This document shows, piece after piece, positions 48,385-59,219 of a DNA stretch of 64,000 nt. The DNA lies in NCBI GenBank assembly GCA_039630055.1, contig JBCNVN010000001.1, forward strand, positions 164,746 through 228,745. Reading direction: 5' to 3'. Below the pieces are notes generated by a model. It had not been told where the DNA came from and did no database searches. It saw only the letters and a list, made by a program, of their open reading frames with translations. The position numbers and the translations under genes were made by a program. This DNA is from Candidatus Caldarchaeales archaeon. GTDB taxonomy: Archaea; Thermoproteota; Nitrososphaeria_A; Caldarchaeales; Wolframiiraptoraceae. How positions within the stretch are numbered: position 1 is the first letter of the stretch; each line of letters starts with the position of its first letter.

Positions 48385-50586
48385 ATGTTATCAGTTGGAA
48401 TCCACATGGTGAAGATTATCGTCTTGATCCTGATATCTCAGCTGATCTTCTTACCATCATACATTATAAATGATGATAATTTACATGTCTCAGCGGTAGA
48501 GGATATTAGATATGGTCTAAACAGAGATGGAAACTTCATAAGATTATTGACTCCTGTAGCAGACCTCCTATCGGGACCAGTATGGCTTAGACTGCGTAAT
48601 ATAGATGTATATGAACCATCGTTAACATCTAGTATTACTCCTTCGCAAGCTGCTCTTCCAGTAAAACTTCCATACAGAGTTCCATCCCCCAAATTTAGTA
48701 GAAATCTACTAATTTCATTGGATGTTAGTAGGATTCCTTATCAAGCTGAGACGAGTATAGCTGTAAATCCGAGAAATCCAGAGAATATCGTTATTGGAAT
48801 GAATGATTATGGTGTTTACAGTCCTTCAGCCTATGCTAGCCTCGATGGTGGTGAGACATGGATAGGTCCACATGCAATGACACCTCTGTTGAAAGATGAT
48901 TACGGCTCAGACGTGTCTCTAGCATTCGATAGAGAGGGAAGAGTCTACTTTGCATACATGTCTATCGGCTTCAAGTTCATAGTTGTTAATAGGATAGTCT
49001 TTGGAGATGAGAAGGCAAGTATAGTGGTCTCCAGGTCTGATGATGGAGGGTTTACATGGAGTTTGCCGAGGATAGCTGCCTTAGGAGACATATATGCTTT
49101 AGAGAACCATGTGATCATATTATTCCTAGATAGGCCGAGAATAACTATCGGTCCAGACCCGGAAGATCCGAAAAGAGATAGAATATATGTTACATACACT
49201 GAGTTCGCTCTATCATATCCAATCATCCCAGAATATCCCTACGTACTCGCTCCAACAGTCAGTACGACGATTAAATTAGTCTATTCAACGGATGGTGGAG
49301 AGACTTGGAGTTATCCAAAAGCTGTTAGCCCAACCTACTCACATATACTTGGCGAGGAGAGAAGAAGAATAGTCCAGGGATCTAACCCGAAGGTTGGAAG
49401 AGATGGAACATTATATGTAGCCTACTATGACTCGATGGATGAGGGACCTTGGGATGGACTCTTTGCACCATCTATTGTAAAGAGTCTAGATGGTGGGAAG
49501 ACCTTTACGAAGCCGGTCCATGTAGATTATTTACCGGAGATGGATTATGAGCTTCCGCCAACCCTATTTAGAGCATGGGTCTCTATGATGCCTCAAATAG
49601 ATATTGGACCTAATAAGGAGATCTATCTCGTAGTAGGTGCTAAGCCAGATGATTCAGATATATTCTTCTACAGGTCTCTGGATGGTGGAGAGACTTGGAG
49701 CATTGCAAAGAAGATTAATGATGATAGGACTAACAGAGACCAGTTTATCCCAGCCATATCTGTAAGCTCTAATGGAACAATTCATGTCTCATGGGCTGAT
49801 AGGAGAGACGACCCTAAAGATATTGAGTATCATATCTACTATACAAAATCTGGAGATAGAGGAGATACTTGGATGGAGAATGTGAGAGTTACAGATTATC
49901 CATCGAATCCAAACTATGGACTCTATCTATACATTGGAGATTACTTCAGCATATACGCAACAGATGAAGATGTTTACGTTTCTTGGACAGATACGAGGCT
50001 GGGTAGTAGAGGATCACCGAATATGAAGATAGGCTTTGCAAGGACTAAGCATATCCCACTTCCAAGCATATTGATCTCTCCATCATCTGGATTTGGTGGA
50101 CAAGAGGTAACCATCGTCGGTGAGAACTTTATACCAGACGGAGAAGTCTATCTTAGAGTTGGAGATGCATTCATCTCGGTTGTAAGAACAGATAAAGAAG
50201 GTAAGTTTCAATCAAAGATATTCATGCCGATCCTTGGTGAGGGACCCTACAAGATTGAAGCAATAGATCTTTCTGGTAATAGAGCGGAGACCTACTTCTA
50301 CAGTGAGGTGGGACTAGATACCTTAAGGAAAGAAATACTATCGATAAGCATGGAGTATAATGAGATCTTGGACAAGATCAAGAATGTGAACGCCTCTAGC
50401 ATAGAGACTGATAGTAGTAAAGAATTACTAGAGGAAATAGATGATCTAAAGGAAAAGATCTTTGATCTCGAGTCGCAGATATCCTTTATGGAAGGATTGA
50501 TCTATCTTCTCCTAGCAATCTCGATAGCGGCGTTCATAGCATTGTCTATAACTTTAAGGTATAGGAAGGTTGTGAAGAATGAATAG
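48385..50586 (+). CDS. Membrane-anchored Asp-box (BNR/sialidase-like) beta-propeller protein
   Basis: Six SxDxGxT(W/F) boxes (SLDGGETW, SDDGGFTW, STDGGETW, SLDGGKTF, SLDGGETW, SGDRGDTW), Ig-like domain, coiled coil, C-terminal TM. Confidence 0.85.
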   Translation: MLSVGIHMVKIIVLILISQLIFLPSYIINDDNLHVSAVEDIRYGLNRDGNFIRLLTPVADLLSGPVWLRLRNIDVYEPSLTSSITPSQAALPVKLPYRVPSPKFSRNLLISLDVSRIPYQAETSIAVNPRNPENIVIGMNDYGVYSPSAYASLDGGETWIGPHAMTPLLKDDYGSDVSLAFDREGRVYFAYMSIGFKFIVVNRIVFGDEKASIVVSRSDDGGFTWSLPRIAALGDIYALENHVIILFLDRPRITIGPDPEDPKRDRIYVTYTEFALSYPIIPEYPYVLAPTVSTTIKLVYSTDGGETWSYPKAVSPTYSHILGEERRRIVQGSNPKVGRDGTLYVAYYDSMDEGPWDGLFAPSIVKSLDGGKTFTKPVHVDYLPEMDYELPPTLFRAWVSMMPQIDIGPNKEIYLVVGAKPDDSDIFFYRSLDGGETWSIAKKINDDRTNRDQFIPAISVSSNGTIHVSWADRRDDPKDIEYHIYYTKSGDRGDTWMENVRVTDYPSNPNYGLYLYIGDYFSIYATDEDVYVSWTDTRLGSRGSPNMKIGFARTKHIPLPSILISPSSGFGGQEVTIVGENFIPDGEVYLRVGDAFISVVRTDKEGKFQSKIFMPILGEGPYKIEAIDLSGNRAETYFYSEVGLDTLRKEILSISMEYNEILDKIKNVNASSIETDSSKELLEEIDDLKEKIFDLESQISFMEGLIYLLLAISIAAFIALSITLRYRKVVKNE

Positions 50587-53152
50587 AATAAATCTTCCAG
50601 TACTCTCTATACTATTTTTATCCTTTTTATTAATGCCCATCACGACAATTATTGAAGAATATACGCCCCCACATGATGAGCCTGGGCCAGCAGTTGATAG
50701 AGTTATCTTCAGGAAAGTTGATCAAGACCAAGCCCCCCTCCTTATAGAGAGAGGAGACATAGATCTCTACCTATATGGTTTGAAGATCGTTACCGCCTCC
50801 CAGTATTTGAAGAGCAAGGTGGTAAACATCTATCAAGCTCCCTCGACAACCATCTCCATCTTACTGAATCCATCTCCCGCAGGAGAAGGTGGGCTTAACC
50901 CATTCTCTATCCCGGAAGTTAGATTTGCGATAAACTATCTAATCGATAGAGAGTATTTAGCTAAATCGATTTATGGTGGGTTCGCTCTTCCAATGTACTC
51001 TCATGTTGCCTCGATCGACTACGACTATCTAGTCGTATCAGAAGTTCTCAGAAAATATCGATTATCTTATGATCCAGATTATGCGAAGACAGTTATAAGT
51101 CGAGCGATGGAGAAAGCTGGTGCAAAGCTTGTAGATGGTAGATGGATGTATAATGATAAGCCCATAACATTGAGGTTCATAATTAGAGTGGAGGATGAGA
51201 GGAGAGAGGTCGGAAACATGCTTGCAGAAGAGCTTGAAAAGATGGGCTTCACAGTTATGAGAAGCTATATGGATTTTGCTCAAGCGATCTCGCTAGTATA
51301 TAAGACGGATCCAAAATCATTTGAATGGCATCTCTACACTGAAGGATGGGGTAGAGGAGCCGCCGAGAGATATGATTATGCAACGATAAACCAGATGTGT
51401 GCTCCTTGGCTCGGATACATGCCTGGATGGCTAGAGTACGGATTCTGGCAGTACAAGAACGATAGAATAGATGAGATCGGCAAGAAACTCTTCAAGGGAG
51501 AATACAAGAGTATAGATGAAAGGAATAGGATGTATAGCGAAATGACGGAGATGTGTATATTGGAAGCTATCAGGATATGGGTTCTAACCGTAAATAATCC
51601 ACTAGTCTCTAGGATAGACTTGAAGGGAGTTTCCATGGATCTAGTATCAGGTTTGAGATCCATGTGGACTCTCCGATCAACATATACAGATAAGAATGAA
51701 CTTGTAGTGGGTCATCTATGGGTTAGACCCTACATGGGGTCTGCTTGGAACCCGATAGGAGGGCTCACAGATATTTACAGTGTAGATATATGGAAGCAGC
51801 TCTATGATCCACCTTTAACGAGAGATCCGTCTACGGGGATACCGATACCTTTCAGGGCAGAGTTTAGAGTAGTAGAATCTAGACCTGAGAGTGTTATCGA
51901 TGTTCCAGGAGATGCATTTATCTGGAGCGTGGAGACAGATAGTTGGTCCTACGTTCCTCCTGGAACAAAGGCTAAAAGTAAAGTCATCTTTAATTATGCT
52001 AAATACTTTAACTCGAGATGGCATCATGGAGTAGAGATCACACTTGCAGACCTATTATACTCGATCTATCAATCCTTTGAAATAGTCTATGACCCTGAGA
52101 AGTCACGTATAGAGGTGGCTCTCTCAGCGACTAGGAAACCTATTCTAGAAACATTTAAAGGATTCAGGATAATCAATCAGACAGCTATAGAGGTATACGT
52201 AGATTATTCAAACCCCTTCATAGAGTATGTTGCAGAGTATGCGGAACCATGGGGAGCGGCCATGCCTTGGGAGCTACTCTACTCTATGGATATATTGGTT
52301 TTCGATGAAGGGTTTGCAGCATATACAGATACGGCCTCTGCCAGGTTACAGGTTAAATGGCTTGACCTGATAGAACCTCTACAATGTAGAAGACTAGTCA
52401 ACATATTTGAGAGACTGTATGAACAGAGAAAGTACCCTTCAAACGTATTCAATCTACATGGTAGAGAGGTTGAGACGGTAGAAAATAGTCTGAAGAGGTA
52501 TAGGGCTATGATTGAATGGTTTAGAGAACGGGGTCATCTGGTCGTGAGTAATGGCCCATTCTATCTAGAGAAGATGGGATCAGTTACTGAACAATATGCT
52601 GAGATAAAGGCTTTCAGAGATGAATACTATCCATTCAAGCCTAAAGATTTCTACTTCGGTATTCCGAAGAAGATTGAGTTATTCACACCGACATTTCTGA
52701 AGATAGCTAGAGGTGATGAAATCCGATTGGAGATAGATATTAGAGGGGTTGAGGAATCATATATCAAGATAGTGCTCACAAACCCATATACTCAAGAATT
52801 TATCTATCGTGATGAGATTAAAGTAGAGGAGGGTAAAACATCCATAACTATTCCTAGAGATGTATCTGGAAGATTAGAGGTTGGTGTATACCAGATCTAT
52901 CTAACCGCTTACAGTCATTTAACATCTCTCATTTCTGAGAGAATCATCGAGTTAAGCATAACAGAGGAGGTTGAGAAGACTACGATTACATATAGAAGTG
53001 AAGAAACTACACCTACCCAAACTCTAACCGGGACACTTGAAGCCCCAACCACAATACTGATAATAATTCTAATCTTAGTCTCTCTTGCGATTGTAGCTTC
53101 ATTTATGATAAGAAGGAAGGTTAAGAAGCCTTCTGAGAAGTCTTCTCCATGA
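50579..53152 (+). CDS. ABC transporter substrate-binding protein, family 5 (peptide/oligosaccharide)
   Basis: NPFSIPEVRFAINYLIDRE, WHHGVEITLADLLYS, SNGPFYL; Thr-rich linker and C-terminal TM. Confidence 0.88.
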   Translation: MNRINLPVLSILFLSFLLMPITTIIEEYTPPHDEPGPAVDRVIFRKVDQDQAPLLIERGDIDLYLYGLKIVTASQYLKSKVVNIYQAPSTTISILLNPSPAGEGGLNPFSIPEVRFAINYLIDREYLAKSIYGGFALPMYSHVASIDYDYLVVSEVLRKYRLSYDPDYAKTVISRAMEKAGAKLVDGRWMYNDKPITLRFIIRVEDERREVGNMLAEELEKMGFTVMRSYMDFAQAISLVYKTDPKSFEWHLYTEGWGRGAAERYDYATINQMCAPWLGYMPGWLEYGFWQYKNDRIDEIGKKLFKGEYKSIDERNRMYSEMTEMCILEAIRIWVLTVNNPLVSRIDLKGVSMDLVSGLRSMWTLRSTYTDKNELVVGHLWVRPYMGSAWNPIGGLTDIYSVDIWKQLYDPPLTRDPSTGIPIPFRAEFRVVESRPESVIDVPGDAFIWSVETDSWSYVPPGTKAKSKVIFNYAKYFNSRWHHGVEITLADLLYSIYQSFEIVYDPEKSRIEVALSATRKPILETFKGFRIINQTAIEVYVDYSNPFIEYVAEYAEPWGAAMPWELLYSMDILVFDEGFAAYTDTASARLQVKWLDLIEPLQCRRLVNIFERLYEQRKYPSNVFNLHGREVETVENSLKRYRAMIEWFRERGHLVVSNGPFYLEKMGSVTEQYAEIKAFRDEYYPFKPKDFYFGIPKKIELFTPTFLKIARGDEIRLEIDIRGVEESYIKIVLTNPYTQEFIYRDEIKVEEGKTSITIPRDVSGRLEVGVYQIYLTAYSHLTSLISERIIELSITEEVEKTTITYRSEETTPTQTLTGTLEAPTTILIIILILVSLAIVASFMIRRKVKKPSEKSSP

Positions 53153-53789
53153 TAGTTTTAAGCGATTCCAAGACCATTCCAAGCCCGATGATTATTGAGA
53201 CCGAGAGTATCATTAACCCTAAAAACATCCATGGAAACCTTTCAATATATTCTACATGAGTGGTTCTCACGGTTTCGTAAACAGTCTTGGTAACAGTTTC
53301 TACAGTTATGATAGGTCTAGATATCGTTTCGTATACTGGAAACTTCTCAGTTATAGTAGTGGTGACAGTACTAGTCGGAAGATCCTCAACCCGTAAAGTA
53401 ATCGTGTACAATCCACTAGAACCGAGGAATGGAACTACTACGATATAGTAGTATCCAGAGGAAGACGCTTGATAAGAGATCCTTTCATAGTAACCTCTAC
53501 CAAGATCGCTGCTCTCGATTAGCTCTCTTTCAGGGCTTAAAAGATATAGGTCAAAGTCGGCCTCGGATGGAACCCTGAGTACTATGTGGAGTATCTGATT
53601 TGTATCCAACCAGATCTTGAAGAAATGATCTCTAGTACCATCCATATAGAGATCATATGTTCCAGTATGCAACTCGGTGGCGGTAGAGAAACCTATCCCC
53701 GGCTCGATCCTAGACAGAGCATAAACCGAGTATAAGGAGAATGCTAAGAAAATAGTCTGGGCGATAATAGCTAAGACCTTTTTCTTCAT
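53121..53789 (-). CDS. Secreted PPC (pre-peptidase C-terminal) domain protein with Thr-rich stalk and TM anchor
   Basis: ADFDLYLLSP...ERISY..SSGYYYIVV...GLYTI. Confidence 0.7.
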   Translation of the reverse strand: MKKKVLAIIAQTIFLAFSLYSVYALSRIEPGIGFSTATELHTGTYDLYMDGTRDHFFKIWLDTNQILHIVLRVPSEADFDLYLLSPERELIESSDLGRGYYERISYQASSSGYYYIVVVPFLGSSGLYTITLRVEDLPTSTVTTTITEKFPVYETISRPIITVETVTKTVYETVRTTHVEYIERFPWMFLGLMILSVSIIIGLGMVLESLKTIMEKTSQKAS

Positions 53790-54514
53790 GTCAACTCCTC
53801 CAATATTCTCAGTGCCTCTCCGATATCAGAAATAACTACAATGTAGATTTCTTCTCTAAGCTTTGATATATTTGATCCATATGCTTCTGCTTCTGGTGGA
53901 AAAGAAAGAATCCAATTACATAGCTGTTCAGGCGTAGGATCTGATGGTATAGACTCAACCCAATCAAAGTAACTATCTAGATATAACATTATAGCATCTA
54001 CTGTGATAGCAAGGTTTGGATTTATCTTGTATAAGCCGGCTCTTGTATCATTCCAGAATATTCTTGCCTCAGTTCGATTAGCCGGGGGCTCAGTTTTTAG
54101 GATAACCAGAAGCTCTCTATCATTCTTTAACCTATCTATAACTGTCCGAACTTCCATTAAACGGTTCTTAAGTTCTAGTCTCTCTCTACCACATTCTACA
54201 CATGAATAGTTTAGCCTCATGATCTCTCTATCTTTATCTTGTAGTTTAGTTATTAGTCTAGATAGTTCTTTATCGAGATGGTCAAGTTGGGTGTCAAGCT
54301 TGATCTTTTCAGATTCGAGTTTTAGAACTCTATCCTCCAGATGCTCTATAATAGATCTCAATTCACTATTCTCCTTTTCGAGTTCTTCTATTCTAGATGT
54401 TTTTAAGGAGATCTGTTCTCTAGCATAGTAGTCGCTCAGATAGTATCCTGAAAGAAAGCTTACCACTACTAATATCAAGATTACTGTATAGATTAGATAC
54501 ACTGGGGCCCTCAT
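53786..54514 (-). CDS. Membrane-anchored coiled-coil protein
   Basis: N-terminal TM followed by a long heptad-repeat region. Confidence 0.6.
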   Translation of the reverse strand: MRAPVYLIYTVILILVVVSFLSGYYLSDYYAREQISLKTSRIEELEKENSELRSIIEHLEDRVLKLESEKIKLDTQLDHLDKELSRLITKLQDKDREIMRLNYSCVECGRERLELKNRLMEVRTVIDRLKNDRELLVILKTEPPANRTEARIFWNDTRAGLYKINPNLAITVDAIMLYLDSYFDWVESIPSDPTPEQLCNWILSFPPEAEAYGSNISKLREEIYIVVISDIGEALRILEELT

Positions 54515-54608
54515 TCTACGAGACCTTCAATCAGCACATATATATCTCTTTCCAAACTAATTAGAAAACTTAACTAGAAAGCAAGATTAAAAGTTTGTAG
54601 ATACGGTC

Positions 54609-55649
54609 ATGCTCAAAACCGTAATATTGAGATCTATATCCCTACTGTTGGTAGTACCGTCAGTAGTATTATTGATGGCGGTAACCCTTGGGCTTACTGG
54701 AGTCTCAGATAGACTACTGACTTCGATGGCTGAGCAAACTCTACAAGAAGTTAAAAAGTCTCTTGCAACCCGTATACATGATCCTGAAGAGCTCGAATCA
54801 GCGATAGAATCCCAGAGGAGAGCGATATACTCTAGTTATGGATTGGATAAACCTTGGTTTTACAGGATGTTTCAGATGATGGTTCAGATAGTGTTATTCG
54901 ACTTGGGTAGGACTAGAGTTATTAAGAGCTTTACGGGAAGCCATGAAGTTTCTGAGATAATCTTGGAAAGAATACCCAATACGATAATGCTAGTAACTAT
55001 ACCTCTAATAATATCAGCGGCAATCGGTATATGGTTAGGGGTTAAATTAGCTTCAAGACCTGGCACAAGACTAGATAGAACCATATCATACTTAGCAATG
55101 ATATCTTACACGCTTCCATCATGGTGGGTTGGGATAGTCTTCATAATCTTCTTCGGATTCTATCTAAACATATTGCCTACTGGAGGTATGTACAGTGTAC
55201 CACCCCCCACTGAATTGTTACACAAGATTATTGACCTGCTCTGGCATCTAATCCTACCCGTCGCAACACTAGTCTCTGTACAAGTCGGTGGATGGATCTA
55301 CTCAACCAGGATGATCGTGCTAAACATTGCTCAAGAAGATTATGTTGGAGCTGCTAGAGCCAGAGGGATACCTGAACACATGGTTAGAGCTAGATATATA
55401 CTCAGAGTTGCTGCACCCACTATTATTACGAATATCACTCTTGGTCTAGCTGGGTCTTTAGGTGGAGCTATAATCACCGAGACCGTCTTCGGATGGTATG
55501 GGATGGGAAGCCTATACTATCAAGCTATAATCTCTCTAGAAGAAAACTTGGTCATCGCATTAACCTTCATCTACACCTTGATCTATGTCATTGCTAGAAT
55601 AATCCTTGAAGTTATGTATGTAGTCTTAGATCCAAGGGTGAGATACTAA
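54609..55649 (+). CDS. Peptide ABC transporter permease (DppB/OppB-like)
   Basis: YGLDKP, ERIPNT, EDYVGAARARG, GAIITETVFGWYGMG. Confidence 0.92.
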   Translation: MLKTVILRSISLLLVVPSVVLLMAVTLGLTGVSDRLLTSMAEQTLQEVKKSLATRIHDPEELESAIESQRRAIYSSYGLDKPWFYRMFQMMVQIVLFDLGRTRVIKSFTGSHEVSEIILERIPNTIMLVTIPLIISAAIGIWLGVKLASRPGTRLDRTISYLAMISYTLPSWWVGIVFIIFFGFYLNILPTGGMYSVPPPTELLHKIIDLLWHLILPVATLVSVQVGGWIYSTRMIVLNIAQEDYVGAARARGIPEHMVRARYILRVAAPTIITNITLGLAGSLGGAIITETVFGWYGMGSLYYQAIISLEENLVIALTFIYTLIYVIARIILEVMYVVLDPRVRY

Positions 55650-57100
55650 TGAGTATGAGGAAGGAGATTGTGAAGAATCTCTGGAGAAGCTGGTCTACGA
55701 GAACAGGTATAATATTCTTAGCAATCTTAATATCTATATCAATTTTTGTCGTCATCCTTTATCCTTTGGATTTTGGTGTAAAGATATGGAGTAACCCATC
55801 ATACTGGGCTGACAATCCCAAGCTAGCACCTCCTAGCTGGACAGCTCTCTTTTCTAAGGAAAGAACTCCACCTCATATGGTGATCAAGCTAGACCAGCCT
55901 ACAAGAGTGGATAGAGGATTCGAGGCTAGAATATTAGAGTACATATTTGATATAGATTACCATTATGATGATTATCCATCTTTCCTCCACATACTCGTAA
56001 AGAACATCACATACTATTCATCTAAACCTCCTAGGATAGAGTTATACATTGCTAGACCTGATGGTCTCGAAGTTAAGCTGTTAAGTATATTGGTTAGAGG
56101 ACCCACCGGCTTAGAGGAACCACCTTATCGTAGATATGTAGAATCTCCCCATAGAATAATCTTGACAGAAGACTCAACATCCATTCTAACCATGATAAAC
56201 TCATTGAATAATATATACGGACTAAGTTTAATTCTAGAAGATGTTTCTAGAATAGGTTCAGAGAAGATCTTTTTCGGTTATCCATCTAATATTGATGAGA
56301 GAGAGTTCTCTGTTCTGAAGGGACGCTACACTATAAGTGTAAAAATCTTCTTTTATGATGGTTCGTCTATGGTCGAAGAAGTAAGATTGGTCCTAGGTGG
56401 CAGAGTCTATGGAATATTGGGCACAGACATAATCGGTAGGGATATAATGGTAGGTCTCCTCTTCGGTTTCCCAGTAAGCTTGATGATAGGGTTACTAGCT
56501 TCAACTCTCGTTACATCTATCGGTTCAATCCTCGGGATTGTAAGCGGCTATATAGGAGGTAGAACAGATACAATAATTCAGAGAATTAGCGATATAGTGA
56601 TGAATATGCCTCTCCTACCGGTACTAATCTTCTTCACCTTCATATTGAGAGAATTCGGATTTAGACTCTTCCTAATAATATTATTATTAACAGCATTCAG
56701 CTGGCCTGGTTTAACAATAGTTATAAGACCGATGGTTATGCAGATAAAGACAAGCCAGTTTATTGAAGCAGCCATATCTTGTGGAGCATCTAGAAGATGG
56801 ATCATGGTGAAACATATCCTACCAAACCTAACACCATTCATTCTTGCACAAAGCATCTTTCTAGTACCCTCAGCAATATTAGCTGAAGCAGCTTTAAGCT
56901 TCCTGGGATTAGGAGATCCGACAATACCTACATGGGGTCAGATGCTTGAGTATGGGTTCAAGAGTGGAGCAATATATTTAGGATACTGGTGGTGGGTTAT
57001 ACCTCCAGGCCTACTAATAGTAATCTCAACAATAACCTTCCTCTTGATAACGATAGGATTAGAGCCGATACTAAACCCAAGGCTGAAAACAGTCATCTAA
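55649..57100 (+). CDS. Peptide ABC transporter permease (DppC/OppC-like) with large extracellular insert
   Basis: LGTDIIGRD, FIEAA..GAS, HILPN, EAALSFLGLG, TWGQML. Confidence 0.92.
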   Translation: MSMRKEIVKNLWRSWSTRTGIIFLAILISISIFVVILYPLDFGVKIWSNPSYWADNPKLAPPSWTALFSKERTPPHMVIKLDQPTRVDRGFEARILEYIFDIDYHYDDYPSFLHILVKNITYYSSKPPRIELYIARPDGLEVKLLSILVRGPTGLEEPPYRRYVESPHRIILTEDSTSILTMINSLNNIYGLSLILEDVSRIGSEKIFFGYPSNIDEREFSVLKGRYTISVKIFFYDGSSMVEEVRLVLGGRVYGILGTDIIGRDIMVGLLFGFPVSLMIGLLASTLVTSIGSILGIVSGYIGGRTDTIIQRISDIVMNMPLLPVLIFFTFILREFGFRLFLIILLLTAFSWPGLTIVIRPMVMQIKTSQFIEAAISCGASRRWIMVKHILPNLTPFILAQSIFLVPSAILAEAALSFLGLGDPTIPTWGQMLEYGFKSGAIYLGYWWWVIPPGLLIVISTITFLLITIGLEPILNPRLKTVI

Positions 57101-57213
57101 AGATCTCTACAAAGTTCTTGACGAAATTTTAGACCTCTAAATGATATTTTAAGAAAATTTTGAAAAACATTCGAGTTTGCAAAATATAGAATTAAAGAGA
57201 AAAAAAGGAGGTT

Positions 57214-58413
57214 CTAGGATCTAAATGAAACATCTGAAAGCAAGGTGAGATCTTGATTTTCATAGATCTTGTATAGAGTTCCTGAATCAAGGTCGTAGAG
57301 ATACAGAGATGATCTATGATCTGATAAAAGTAAACCTCTATCGATATCTACTCGGCGGCCTTCTGCTCGCATCGTAACTTCTTCAACATACCTTATTCCC
57401 ATAATTGGGAACCCGAAGGTCGCTATTTTGGTTGGAGCTAAATTGGGATTGGTTACCAAGTATAGGCTTGCAGGAATAGTATTACCTGAAGAGAGATAGA
57501 GTCTACCTTGACTATCAAACTCAAAGTTTCCTGCCCAGAAACCATCTACATCCTCTAACCTTACCTCGTAGTAAAGCTTAGGCATGTTTTGAACTATTTT
57601 ATATATCTTTCCATTACCTCCTGCTCCTGTCGCTTCACTAAAGTACATTCTGTTTTCAGGTCCAAATCTAATACATCTAACATAGGTAGTATGTTCAAAA
57701 ACGACACCATAATCTCCTGACCCTAATAGAAACAATCGTATCTCCTTACTATTAGCATCTACATAGTAAACCTTTTCAGCTATTCCTGGATGGAATGTAA
57801 AGCAGTCTACTCGAGTAGGAGCGTTGAATAATCTTCCAAGATGGCGGTACTGATAATCATAGATATAGACTCCTCCAGGAGATTCGCGAGCTGATGAAAA
57901 ATAGATACGATAAGGATTTACTAGTTCTGCCGATAGGTAGGGAGGAACAATGGTTGCGGTTGGTAGGGTAGGACTAACCGTAGCCGTAGTAGTAATCGTA
58001 TGGGTGGTAGTAACTGTTGTCTGAGTGGTTTGTGTAGTGTAGGTTACAAGAGTTACAGGGATGGGAACAGTCTCCGTAATTGTTTCAGTGGTCTCTATAG
58101 TTGAGGTGACAACTTGGCTCAAAGTAGTTGTGATGTAACGTGTTGAATTCGTTATAATTGTGGAGTTTCTATATATCGTCCTAGTCTCGTTAACCGTGTA
58201 AGCCCAAGTCCTGATCTCAGTGACTACAGTTAGACTGGTTAAGACGGTTGGGAAAGGTCTGGTCTCATTGCCTCTAGTTATTCCCTGACCTAAAAATTGA
58301 GAAAGAGGTGGATAGTTTGCAGCAGCATAGGCTCCAGCCGCAAACATTATTATAGCCATAATCGCTATAAGAGCTTTACTCAATTTCCACCCTCTTTTTT
58401 TACAGATTATCAC
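57214..58413 (-). CDS. Surface protein: signal/TM, Thr-rich stalk, C-terminal beta-propeller-like domain
   Basis: Hydrophobic N-terminus, about 100-aa Thr-rich region, repeats such as RFGPENRMYFS and EFDSQGRLYLS. Confidence 0.65.
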   Translation of the reverse strand: MIICKKRGWKLSKALIAIMAIIMFAAGAYAAANYPPLSQFLGQGITRGNETRPFPTVLTSLTVVTEIRTWAYTVNETRTIYRNSTIITNSTRYITTTLSQVVTSTIETTETITETVPIPVTLVTYTTQTTQTTVTTTHTITTTATVSPTLPTATIVPPYLSAELVNPYRIYFSSARESPGGVYIYDYQYRHLGRLFNAPTRVDCFTFHPGIAEKVYYVDANSKEIRLFLLGSGDYGVVFEHTTYVRCIRFGPENRMYFSEATGAGGNGKIYKIVQNMPKLYYEVRLEDVDGFWAGNFEFDSQGRLYLSSGNTIPASLYLVTNPNLAPTKIATFGFPIMGIRYVEEVTMRAEGRRVDIDRGLLLSDHRSSLYLYDLDSGTLYKIYENQDLTLLSDVSFRS

Positions 58414-58877
58414 CTTTTTTTGGGGGTTAATATCTATTTCTAATGTATAGACCTAAAATTTATTCGTCATCCTTCAACCCTCATACAAATTTTTAAACAA
58501 GATACCAAAATATTTCTTAGCTTAATCTCTTCTCAATCCATACTTTATCATTTTCAAACGGTTAATCTAGTTAGAGCTAGATTACTGTTAAGAGATATGC
58601 ACAATTATCTCAACAGCATCTACATACATAAAATTATCAACAATTATACGTGAACTTCAATATTGAATGCTCCTTAACTAACTGAATAATGTTGAAAAGA
58701 TGAAGAGAGATATATTGGGTTTAAAATTCTAAATCTTTGAAAGATCATTTTATTGAAAATCTAGAGCATAAACAAAAGATGATTTATCATCATATCTTAT
58801 AGTATTCTTTACATCGCAGATGACGCCACGAGTTATTTATTTAGATTCTCCTATCCAAACGATAAAAAGTTAACGAA

Positions 58878-59219
58878 TCAATAAACTTTCATAGGTATTG
58901 GGCCCGGTGGGATTCGAACCCACGACCATCTATCCATAAATTTATAGAGAAACCTAATATTCTCTACCAAACCAACCTCACACTTATAATATATGTGGTC
59001 TATATCTGCATGAACCACAAACCCACCACCCTTAATATACAAGCATAACGATCTAACATGAAGCCTAAAAACCAATCCACCACAGAACCTACATTTCCCA
59101 CCTCCACAAGGCCCAATAATATCTTTCCTAATTTTAACATCTTCTCCAGACCTTTCTACATCCTTATCCTCAACCCCTCCTCCAATAAAATCATCTACAG
59201 CCTCTTCTCCAATAAAATA
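58878..59219 (-). pseudogene. Degenerate ORF resembling an HNH nuclease, reading through the tRNA fragment
   Basis: Open frame with no clear start: ...GKCRFCGGLVFRLH...HADIDHIYYKCEVGLVENIRFL...WSWVRIPPGP*. Confidence 0.3.
58899..58927 (-). mobile_element. tRNA 3'-end fragment (T-arm plus acceptor 3' strand); probable att site bounding an integrated element that extends rightwards
   Basis: Reverse complement GGTC GTGGG TTCGAAT CCCAC CGGGCCC A; no matching 5' half or anticodon arm upstream. Confidence 0.72.

Noticed and set aside
165-56856. Numerous 60-160 aa ORFs antisense to well-supported genes
   Set aside because: Shadow ORFs with no recognisable motifs, fully overlapping confident CDSs
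57950-58260. Repetitive GT-rich DNA, possible tandem repeat or CRISPR
   Set aside because: Explained by Thr codons of a minus-strand stalk. No regularly spaced identical repeats were seen anywhere in the window, so no CRISPR array is called
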